A stretch of DNA of 61,715 nucleotides, filler included, from Rhabdomonas costata (lineage: Eukaryota), in NCBI GenBank assembly GCA_019059605.1. It is 14 parts of 14 records of this genome, joined end to end, with 100 filler letters (N's around TTAATTAATTAA, not from the genome) between each part and the next. Parts side by side here need not be neighbours in the genome. Positions count along the whole stretch, not along the records: positions 8,840 to 13,155 come from JAHMHO010000278.1; positions 13,256 to 17,573 come from JAHMHO010000279.1; positions 17,674 to 21,997 come from JAHMHO010000280.1; 11 more parts are not named here. One strand, 5' to 3'. Positions within the stretch are counted from its first letter, which is position 1. Each line of letters opens with the position of its first letter. The notes beneath the pieces were generated by a model. It did not search any database. It had not been told where the DNA came from and saw nothing but the letters and a program-made list of their open reading frames with translations. This document shows positions 8,963 through 19,705 of the stretch, piece after piece. The translations under genes were made by a program, and so were the position numbers.

Positions 8963-11731
8963 CAAGATTTGTCCCATCGCTGGGGTGCAGCAGGACTGCG
9001 TGATCTCGTTGGTGCGCATCCACCGCGCCAGCTGGCCCGGGGTGGCGATGGTGTCCTGGGTCGGGATGCAGATCGTGGCTCCCAGGAACAGAGGGGTGAA
9101 GATGTCCCGCTGCAGCGGGTCGTGGGCAATCCCGCTGCACATCGCGAAGCGGTCCTCGCTGGCCATCCCAAACCGCTGCGACATCCACGGGTAGAAGGCC
9201 GTCAGCGGGCTGTGCTTGCCCATGACCTGAAAAAGCAGTGGGCAGAGAAATCAAACCACTCACACAAAGAGGATGTCAAATAAATCCCATAAATCAATGG
9301 GACCCAGCCAACTCATCTCGAGGGCGACCCCAGCAGCGCAAGAATTCTGAGGGAGAGGTTGGCCCTGCAAAAAGTCGATTGCCCCCAGCCGTTCGAAGTG
9401 AAGATGAATTGCTGCGCACTTTGGTAGTCGGATTCGTGCGGTTGGCGACCTTTTCTCTTTAGTGCCGGAGGGCCTGCAATACGAGAAAATTGTCCCCAGA
9501 GGCACCGCACTCAGGCGTACCGCCTGTCAGCGCCATAGCACACCAAATATTGTGCAGTGTTTTGGCCATGATCAGAGCAGAGGCCTGTTAAATGAACTAG
9601 ATGGATGATTGGCAAGTGAAGGAAGCACACCCCCTTCGGGACCCCGGTGGAGCCAGAGGTGAAGGTCACCACTGCAGTGTCCGTTGGGGACACCGTCACG
9701 CTGGGCATGGCCGAAGAGCAGTTCTCGAGGAGCTTGGAGAGGGCCTCCGAGGCGGGCTCCGCCACGCTGTGGTTGGACTTCAGACGCAACCCTGCGCACA
9801 TAAGCAAGTGATATGCCTTCCTCACAGGCGAAGCAAGCCGTAAAAAAAACTGACCATGACCCTCCCTTGTCATCACGTTCTTGGGCATTCTTTCTTTTTC
9901 CGGCTCCTCTCTCTCTCTCTTACCTTCTACGTTTTTCCTGCTTCTCTCTATTATGACGCTCTTGCGGCCTGTGAACCGTCACGGCCATCGCTGTGTACAA
10001 CCCACTTTGGTTGCAAACATGCAAAAGAGTTTGTGTCTTTCTTCCCATTGTCTTACCCTGCACACTGGAAAACGAAAGTTTGCAAAGAAAAACTTCCTTT
10101 CGGTGGAGTTGCAAATAAACCCCTGCACAATTGTAACTGTGGGATCATATAGCAAGAATACCGCACCTCAAGAACCACCACTCCACCTCAAAACGTGAGT
10201 CTCAGTGTTCGCACAGTGTTTGCAAGCACGCAAGCGAGCGAGAGCTTATCATCACAAATCGGTAAACCTTTCCAAAAAGCAAATCAATCTCGCACACATT
10301 CAAGAAAAACGGGACAACAGCTATATGGCACGATACGGAGGGAAACCAAAACCAAAGAGCCGGACCCTTCAGGAAAGTCAGCAGGTCCTCCGGCGGAGTG
10401 CCCGCGGCAGCCACCTGGAGCCAGCCCTTGGGCTGCGCGATCCGCATGCACAGGATGATCCGCTCCGAAGGGTATGCTTTGTTTATACGGGTGGATTGGT
10501 GGGCAGCACGCGTACCCCGTTTACAAGAAAATTAGGACCACAGAACAGCACATGAAACGCCAAATCTCTTCAGTTTTTCGGGCATCGTCTGCATCGACAT
10601 TATTTTCGAAGACCACGGCTTGTTAATAATATTCGGTTTCTTTCCTCGTAGGGCCTTATTCCATTCCATCTCATTCCCCAAGCCAGGCGACCTTCTTCCC
10701 TGTGCCTACATCCCCACCAAAGCCACAGAACTCCGATCCCTGAATGCCCCGCAGAGAATGATTGTTAAGCAGAGTTCAGCAAAGCAGAGGCACAGCGAAA
10801 ACAATGGTTGGACAGCCAAGTACCTGCAAAGGCGGTGAGTTTGGAAAGTGATATAAAAAATAGGGAAAGGGTACGACTCCATCCAACTCCGTGGTGGTCG
10901 TGGTGGTGAGGAGGGAGATGCCTGGGTCCATCATGGAATAAGCCGCGCCAGCCTTGAACACCGCGAGGATGGCCAGGATAACGGCGGGCGAGCGCGCGCC
11001 ATAGAGCCCAACCACGTCCCCGGGGGCGATCCCGTCCCGGATCAGCCGGTCCGCCAGCTGCGACGACAGCTTGTCCAGATCCCCGTAACTCACCGTCTGG
11101 TCGTTGTAGGAAATCGCTGTCCGCTGCGGCAAAAAAAAGAGGTCTAAAAGCAACGCGCCACACCAACGAGGATCCCCACATTTCTAGCGCAACCCATGAG
11201 GAGCTTATCATACGAAAAATGAGAAAGGAAGAGCCAAGAGAACAAGCGAAAACGAAATACGGGCACACAAAACCACAACTCCACCAAGTCCAAGATTGCC
11301 CTAAATTCTGCGAAATTGGCATTGCCGTTCCATTACACGGTTAATGGCGAAAATGCAATCAGCTGTGCTTGCGGGGCAGGCACACAGACGACCCCATGTT
11401 GAGAAGCGCCCAAAGAAATAGTGTACGTTAATCCCCGGCCGCACACCTCGGGGTGCTTCTCGGCGTTCTGGTGGAAGACCTGGTGAATCGCCCCGGCCCA
11501 CTCCGTGTCCTGTGGCGCAGTGGTGTTGGGAAGAACCTCCCGAGCCTTCTCGGTCACCAAGCTGTAACGGTAGATCCCGGAGATCGCCACCCAGACCAGT
11601 CGGGTGGCCAGCAGGACGTACTGCTGCACCAAGTCCTGGGCAAGGGCCTCGGTAAACAGCGCGGTGTGGTAGGCCAGCTGCACCGAGGTGTCCTTCACGT
11701 GCAACACCAGCTCGTAAGGACAGCGGTTCTC
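8963..11731 (-). CDS. LYS2: L-aminoadipate reductase (Lys2-type NRPS-like enzyme), internal part covering the adenylation domain. Exons ~11731-11446, ~11123-10922, 10476-~10367, ~9791-9631, ~9226-8963
   Basis: The spliced product contains GAIHQVFHQNAEKHPE, KAGAAYSMMDPAYPSER, VTFTSGSTGVPKGVMGKH and SGIAHDPLQRDIFTPLFLGA...TPGQLARWM...TPAMGQIL. These closely match fungal Lys2 motifs. Confidence 0.9.
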
Positions 11732-13669
11732 CTTTGAAAGCAAGCCACAGTGTATCACCATGGTGCACTTTGCAAGCCAGACAATTTTGAGAGCTGGGTC
11801 ACCTGGAAGAAAGCAGCATATGAAAGTTCAGAAAGTGTGGACCTGACCTCAAAAGCAAGAGGCAAGAGTAGAGGATCAAAGGAAGAGATCAAAGCAGTAA
11901 CAACCAAGATGTTGTTGAAACCCAGTTATTTCACCACCCGTTTCAGCTTCCAAGTCCAAAAATGCGTTGCACTTTCGTTTGTGACTTTTCTGAGAGGCGG
12001 ACAAGATTGGTTTGTTTTCACCTCATTAAATGGAAAATGCCAAGCGAGATTTGTGGAAGCCACAATCGGGGGGAACCAAATCAACACGCCAACGCAGGGC
12101 AATCCAAGCACACAGGATAAGAACTTAGGCCATTTCATATGGGGGGAAGCGTTTTAAACGGTATAACGCCGTTATTGGGTTGAGGCCGTGTAAAAGTGCA
12201 GATGCATACCACGGGGACGCACGGAGGGCGCATCCAATGGCCAGCCTTTCCTCCTGGATGTCAGCTGAACGGCCTTCAGGGCTGGAGCTGCTGTCCATTT
12301 AGAGATGGCGTCAGATGTCGCAACCGAAAACCGTCACAGAGGAGAAGCAGCACCCAGGGAAACCAAACTTACCCGAATGCCAAAGAGGCAAGGGCAGAGC
12401 AAGATAAGAAAGGGGAAGAAAATCCGCTAAAAAAGGCACATGCGAGGTACAGCGGCGCTCGCCCCAATGCGTATGTGCGCTTGGGGGGCTATTACGAAAG
12501 CGCGATTTTAGATTTTTCGAGCGTTTTTCCAAGGACTCTGTCTATTGTGTGCATCGCTTACTATTCTTTCTTCCTGGCATTTCGGCAGATGGTGCGCAGG
12601 GGGTTGTTCAGTTTCCCTTTGAGTGCCGAGGCGAAGGTTCTACGGCTCTACCCTGCTCGTAAGGAAAAGAACGAGACGTTTATGGAGCACCCCATCGGTC
12701 GGACGCACCGACATCCTCTCAAGCTTAGCAAAAGCAGTATCCACAAGTTGCCAAAAATCTGGAAGGGTGCCAACAGAATTCTATGATGCAAAACAAGGGC
12801 AGAGGTGCGCGCAAAGATAGAGAGCTCAAAAGCCCTCAACACAGAGCACAAAGCATGCTATGATTCGCGGTAGTGCAGCCACACAGAGCGCAAGGAGCTG
12901 GCTCGGTGTCCTGTCACTGTCAGCGAAGAAGAATTCACACCCCCACAGCAGAAGACCCCAAAACACGCAGGCAAACAACAGTGATCCGGCAAACATGCGG
13001 ATGGACTCGACTCCAACACAAAACCCATAACGAGTCTCATAAACATAGCTTCCTATGGTTCCTTAAGCAGCAGAAGAGTGCGACAAAGGTAAGGAATACA
13101 CAAAACCGAGGAAGCTTCAGGGCACACAACGCAAAGCAGCACAAAGCTGGCGCCTNNNNNNNNNNNNNNNNNNNNNNNNNNNNNNNNNNNNNNNNNNNNT
13201 TAATTAATTAANNNNNNNNNNNNNNNNNNNNNNNNNNNNNNNNNNNNNNNNNNNNTGTGGTGGGGCTGACCCGTCCATGAAAATTCGAAGCAAAATTTGG
13301 ATCTCGAGGGTTTCTCATAATGTTTTATCCAGCGGAAGAGGGAGAGCCCATAAGGAGATGCGCAGGGGTAGTATTGGTTGTAGCCGGATGGGCGCCGCTC
13401 CACTCGTGACCGGCTGCGGCTTTCCGAGAGGTCATCTCCAACTAGTGGACATGTGGCCCTAAGTTCTTTGTCTACAATGTTACCTGCATTGGAAAGACAA
13501 GCAAAGCTTGCCAGATAATGGCACAACTTGTTGCTGCCCGACCTGGCAGATATGACGACAATACGGACAAAAATGATTCTGAACGCAAGTTGGGATGGAG
13601 AAGAAAATGTATTAAAGACGTGCCCACTACAGGCCAGGCCAAAAGGGCTCCGCGAACTAAGCACGGGGA

Positions 13670-16600
13670 TTGAAAACTCGAGGACGGCTCGGGGAAAGGA
13701 GGCAGCGCTATGCCAGAGAGTGGCCATTATAGTCACTCGTGCGGCGCGCAGTGCAGGACCTGGATTGCCCTCCCAAGTGGAGGTGCCTGCAACGGACAGC
13801 TGCCTCTCCCCCCCGGCGCAGCTCTCGGAGTCCATCTGGCTGAGGTCGTCATCTCCGCTCTCCCGGCTGCGGTCGGAGTCCGGCCCAGGCACCACCACGG
13901 CCCCGCTGACGGAGCGCTGCTCGTGCTCGTCGCGGCGGAGCAGAAGGCGCCGGATGGCACTGTCCAGCAGGGCCTGACCCCCAGGGCAAATAGAGAAACT
14001 GAGGATCGGCGAGATGATGAAAAAGTCGTTAAAGGCTCATGGTCACATTCCCGCCTCACCCACTCGCTCCTGCGGCCGCGAAGGTGGCCTTATCTACTTG
14101 AAGCCCACCTTCAGCTAAGGGCCCAGATACTGCTCTCATCTCATCTCAGAAACCACGAAAGCTAAATCACTGTACTCACCCCGCCCACGTACCCGCTCCT
14201 GGTGCCGGCCGCAGAATGTCGTGCAGTGGACCTGAATGCGGCGCCTCAGGGCGTCCAGCCCAAGGTTTTCGTACTCTTGACTCTCCTGAGAGGGCATCGC
14301 GGGCGAGGAACCGGAGGGTGGAACACGAACGAAAGCTGAATAAACTAGAATCCACAGGAAGCGATACGCGCACAGCAAAGTAGCAGCTGTAGCTCCCGGC
14401 ATATCGGTTTCATAAGAATTCTTGCTGGGTGGCAAGTTACGTGGCGCCGAAGCCTGGCCTTTTTCAGCACACCTTGGCCTCACGTGGGAAACAGCTGCCT
14501 CACCTGACCATGGCAGTGAGCACACACTGAAAAGATGGGGCGAAATCGCACTTTGCACTTGGAGGGCGTTGAAAAGAGGGTTTCCTTTTGCAAGCCCAAC
14601 GATGCACCAGAGAAAGGCACCTGCACGGTGTACACGCTGAGCTTCGCAGACTGGCCCTTCATCTTGTACGCCGTGGGAAGCTTCTGGAACATGAACTTCC
14701 CCCCGCAGTTCGCCGTGGTGGCCTCGTCACACAGGAAGGTGCTGCGCGTCTGCTCGCACAGCTGCATCAGTCGGCAGGCCAGGTTGACGGTGTCCCCCAG
14801 GATGTCAAAGGCCTTCCTCTTCTCCGAGCCCACAATCCCGCAGAAGGCATTGCCGGTCGCAACACCTAGTAAGGAACAAAGAAATGGAAAGAGAAAAAGC
14901 AAACCAAAACCTTCGCACAAGCACAAGCGCACCAGAAAAAAACAAAAAAGCCAACACCAATGAATGAAAGCTAGGAGCATCTTCCCTTGGACCAGTCCAT
15001 GGAAATGAAACCTGGGAGTCATATCGAGCAAGGAGCCCAGAGGGGGGTCTTCCTTGCGACTTCTTTGCTGCTCTGGCTCGGTTGTCGAAAAACCAGGTGT
15101 GAAATTTGCAGCAGCAGCTTCTGTGACCGTGACCACATATACATCATGGTGGTTTTTTCCTTTTTTTTTTTTGGTTTTTGCGAAAACTTTTATGTAATTG
15201 CAAAAAAGAAAGACCGACCCTAGCAAGGACCTCAATGGGACAATAAATCCGTTTGGGTTGAATGAGAGCACAATGTCCCGTTCTGCTGTTAACACAAACA
15301 CAAACCGCTGCAAGTCCGGGAACCGTGGGCCCAGGGACTTTCCAACCTCGTGCTCTGAACCTCCGCAAGAAGCAAGCAGCAACGTGCTCGAACTCCTGGA
15401 ACATAATCGCGCCAAAACGTTTTTTCTTGAAAGTATACAACCCATGGTGAGCAAACACACCGATACGGCAGCTCATGTTGGGGTTGATTTCCGGCGTGGC
15501 GAGCATCTGGATCACGCTTTGGATCGCTGGAATCGCCGGGGTGGTCTGGGTCTGCAGCCCAAACACGGCCACCAGGTGCAGGCCCTTGTCATCCTGCATC
15601 AGCTGCAGCACCTCCCCGTCGTTTTGGGTGACAATCTGATGAAAGACAGAGCGCAATAAAAAGACTGAACAGATATCTCTACCCCCAATCCTTTCCTCAC
15701 CTCAGCAAAACGTTTCATTCGAATGCCAATGACATTAAGACTTCTCCACCATTATACCGACATGCTTCAAAGTGACAAAGCTGGAAAGTTTTACACACAT
15801 GGGGGTTCGGGGGAGGGGTTGTCACCTCCAGAGCAGCGGCGCCGAACTCCTTGACATCCTCGGCAGCGCTGTATTCCAGCTCGGGCTGCCCCAAGAACAA
15901 CACCGTGAGGAACCTGAAGCGTGCACCCCCCAGAGTTCCGTTCCGAGGTTCTGAATTTTCCAGGAAGGATGCCATTCACAGGACATGCCCTGACATCCAG
16001 ATAACGGAAAATGGGACAACCACAATCGCTTTCCTATACCGGAAGAAAGCACAAGATGAGATCGCACTCCAAATCTCAAATCCTCGAACTTGGAGCAGCC
16101 ACAGACCGGGAGATTTTCCCTGCAGTGCCACAGATAATGGATGGTGCTACGAACGAGTCCACTCTCTTTCTACTTTCATGGGCTCACCAAGACTGGGCTC
16201 CCTGAGGCATTCCCTTCGTGAGAAAGCGACTGGATCTAACTGAGAACTTCCTTCCGTGAAGTTGATGCACACTTGGGCACACGCCAGTGAAAAAAACGTG
16301 AAGAAGCATCTGAACCGCTGCAAGGCCAGGGTGGAGGTGGGCTGCCCAGCGCCCCCTGAGGTGGCCCCAATGTGATCCACCAGGATGCGGGGGAGAAACT
16401 CTCCTAGCAGCTTCTGCATGGGCGTGGGCCAGCCCTGTGTGGAATGGAAGGTGGTGTGAATCCAGCCGAACAGGTACAAACCAACAACAAACCCCATTCC
16501 GCCTCGTCAACGGGTGACTCCATTCTGATGGCTGAGCAATGCGGCCAAGAATGTTCTCAAGTTCGGCCAAAGTTCGAATTTCCCGCGTAGTACGTTTTCC

Positions 16601-17573
16601 ACCCGAAAGGAGGTCTCATCTCTTTCCGATGGCAAAAACACATTCAAGTGATGCAAGAAAGGGCAACCTTCACAAAGATGGCACATGAAATTCTGAAGTC
16701 CATCCATCCTTTTATCATTCTCTGTCCGAAGCCAAAATATCTGGATGTTCTCATGTTCACGAAAAAGGCGAACGTACGCGTTTCGATATGTATGCGGTCT
16801 TCTTGAACACCATCCGGGTGCTCGGAAATCAGCCGTGCGCAACCACACGCAACCACGCGTGCCACGGAGCGCACCCGCCACGTACCAAGGGAAGGGGCAA
16901 TGAAACTCTGGCGGACTCCTTCTTCTGGGGGTTGTGCAGGTTCTCAACAAGGTAGCACCCGTTGTCCAGCTTTGTCGCGGTCAGCATGTCGCCCAGCAAC
17001 GCTCGGGCTGCGGCTGTGATGCAGACCTGCCCGGAGGTAGCCGCGTTGACGGCATCCCCCACGGTGATCAAAGGTCGGCCCGCCAGTAGAAAGAGCCGGC
17101 GGCCCGTACCCTCGACCAGAAACCCTGGGAGCGTCACAATGAGCATCCGAAAATGTGTAGGGGTTTCAGAAAATAACAATGAGAACCAAGACGGCTCGAC
17201 CACCACCTCAAAGATGGCGGGGGAAGAGAGATGTACGCTGAGCTCTACCCTCTGGAAGCCAAACAGGCGCAGCCTTCAATGCCTATGCTTTTTACGCAGA
17301 GGTTGGTCCGAAGGGTCGGACGAAAGGAACACCACACAAACTTCCTGAGAATGAGCAAAGCGGAATAAATGAACAGCCCTGGAGGGGCCCTCCCACACAC
17401 GGATTCATGCAAAACCACAATCTCTGACAGCCGTCAATCGCCACACCGCAACCTAATGAAACACCCCAACACCACAAAAACCCACTTCCCGCCTTTTCAG
17501 AAACAAGAGAATTCAAACCGAGGCAGCTCCCGTACGCCACCCCGAGGTGGATCTTCAGCACAATCGACGTCCC
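13670..17573 (-). CDS. Soluble-type (ADCY10-like) class III adenylyl cyclase with tandem cyclase domains, partial, at least 8 exons
   Basis: LKIHLGVAYG...FLLAGRPLITVGDA (C1). QRFLTVLF, QDDKGLHLVAVFGL and GVATGNAFCGIVGSEKRKAFDILGDTVNLACRLM (C2), followed by FCGRHQERALL. GT-AG introns checked. Confidence 0.88.
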
Positions 17574-17705
17574 NNNNNNNNNNNNNNNNNNNNNNNNNNN
17601 NNNNNNNNNNNNNNNNNTTAATTAATTAANNNNNNNNNNNNNNNNNNNNNNNNNNNNNNNNNNNNNNNNNNNNGTGGTGGGTGTGTTTGGTGGTTTTGGT
17701 GATTC

Positions 17706-19705
17706 GTCATGGTTTCGTCGTGGAGTCTCCAAGACTCGATTGCACCACCCATCCTCCACCATCCGCAACTTCAGCGTTTGAGACGTACTGAGTGAGAGGA
17801 TCGAAATCCACGTCATTCAGAGTTGGGCCCAAAGACGTCGTGGTCAGCGTGTTCTTGGCGAAGTCCCACACCAGACCCGAGGAGTGGACTGGCGTGCGAA
17901 GACAGGAAACAGTGAGAGGATAAGGAGGGAGTGTCTTCAGACCTCGAACGCCAAGCCAAGACAGATGGTGACAGAGTTGTGGTTAAGAAGAGTTATTTTT
18001 CTTCGGTTGCGGCGAATGGGTATTGGTTACGTTCTATTTCCCAGACCAATCTAACTTAGATCTTTCCATCGAGAAGGGAACAAGACAGTCCTATTGTCCA
18101 GCTGGTACTCGAACCACCACTGCGACAGAGTCCCGTGCACAGGGCATGGACAGGTTCGATGAAAGGACAATCCCACACGTGTTAGTGGTAATGGTAACGG
18201 CATTCTCACTGAATAATTGCACAGCTAATCCGCAAATCCGGTCTGTTCTCTCGGGAGCAACCCGTTGTCGATTCATAGAATTCAGCGCATAAAGCCAGGG
18301 AGGATGCGGGCATATGGCGCAGCCATCCTTCTCCACCTGTCGTGGTGCTGGTGAAGGTGATGGTGACATAAACGCTGCAAACCAGGCAAAAACAGGGAAA
18401 AAAATAACAGAAATACATGCGAGGCACGCACCTTCATCGCTGTCGCGGGTTCCCAGTATGCTCACGGCGGTGGAGCTGATGAACTTTGGCGCCCAAAGTC
18501 GGCCAACAAATTGCCGGCAGTACAACACAACCCCGTTCAGGTTGAGCACCTGTGATGGGTGAGGCAGACCCACCCGATCTCAATTTTAAGGCTCTGGCAG
18601 CATGTGCCTTGACCGCATGGCGCACACTCGTGTACAGTGCGTTTCTGCAATTAATATTAAGGCCCCGCGAGAGGTTGAGCAGTGCAAAAAAAAAAGGGAC
18701 ACCTCTACCACACTGGCGAAGACTTTCTTGCGGTAGATGAAGTAGGGGTGCAGCAGCAAGGCCCCCGAGAAAACTCGTAGAAGGTTCTCGTCGCTTCGAA
18801 CGACACGCCTGATGGAGGGCCACAACGGTGGACCACGCCTCAATCAGACAACGATCACAATTGTTTTTTGTTGTCTTTGATTAGATTTATATGAGTACGA
18901 ACATGAATTCATATATCCTGTGCATCTCCGTCGGACACATTCTCCGCATTCTACCCCTATCCATCCCCATTGTGCTTGCCACACCAAACGGCAAACATTG
19001 CTCTTGTTCATTTCGCTATCGGGACAAATTTCTATTTGACACTGAAGGGTTCCTTTGCAGCCATCAGCAGATTCACGGAATGTAACTCTCTCAAAAGCAT
19101 TTATGAAAGAAATTCACGCACGGGGGGCTTTACAAATCACAAGTGCATGAACGAGTACTAAAATTTGCACAAGAACGCACAAACTGAAAGCATGCATGTA
19201 TCTAAGGGATCTGGTTGTTCTAGCGCTCGCATCAGTCAGAGACAGTGACATTCGAAAATGGGCAGCTGAATTCCCAAACGATGTGCGAGCAGCTTTTTTT
19301 TTCGTCGGTAAACACTGACGCGGCCGGACCATCGTGTAATGTGATAAATAGGGGATGAGACAAATTTGCTGCCGGGCTCCATTCACTCACCATCCACTCA
19401 ACAGCTTGGGTCAGAGTGGATGCTAGCGCTAGGGAAATGATGCTGCAGGGGCGGAAAAGGGTGCGGGGCGGAAGGGATTACCGGCGCATTCTGCTGTTGA
19501 CCCACATGGCAAAGTTATTCGAGCACCCCTGCGAGAGAAGGAAGCTCACGTCTGGGGCGTCCCATAGTCCACTTGGGGTATCACTGGCGAGAGTCTGGTT
19601 CGATGCACAGGCCCGCGCTGCCACAGCCACGCTCTCTGAAGGGCCGGGGAAGAGGCACCCAATAAGCAGAGACCAAGGGCAAGCGCTTATCCAACTTTAC
19701 CCTCA
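17706..19705 (-). CDS. Multi-exon hypothetical protein, partial
   Basis: Exon-like blocks with AG/GT borders near 19520-19705, 18703-18830, 18432-18549 and 17706-17890 (ending ...GDSTTKP*). No family recognised. Confidence 0.35.

Noticed and set aside
11828..11838. Minus-strand acactttctga resembling the start of the Euglena spliced leader
   Set aside because: Only 11 nt match, the sequence diverges immediately afterwards, and there is no SL RNA donor or structure.
8963..17573. Euglenid non-conventional (non GT-AG, base-paired) introns or a reassigned genetic code
   Set aside because: Every motif-anchored junction checked resolves as GT-AG or GC-AG, including the apparent AT donor near 16309, which resolves to GTTCAG. 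Conserved exons contain no in-frame stops, and TGA and TAG serve as normal stops.
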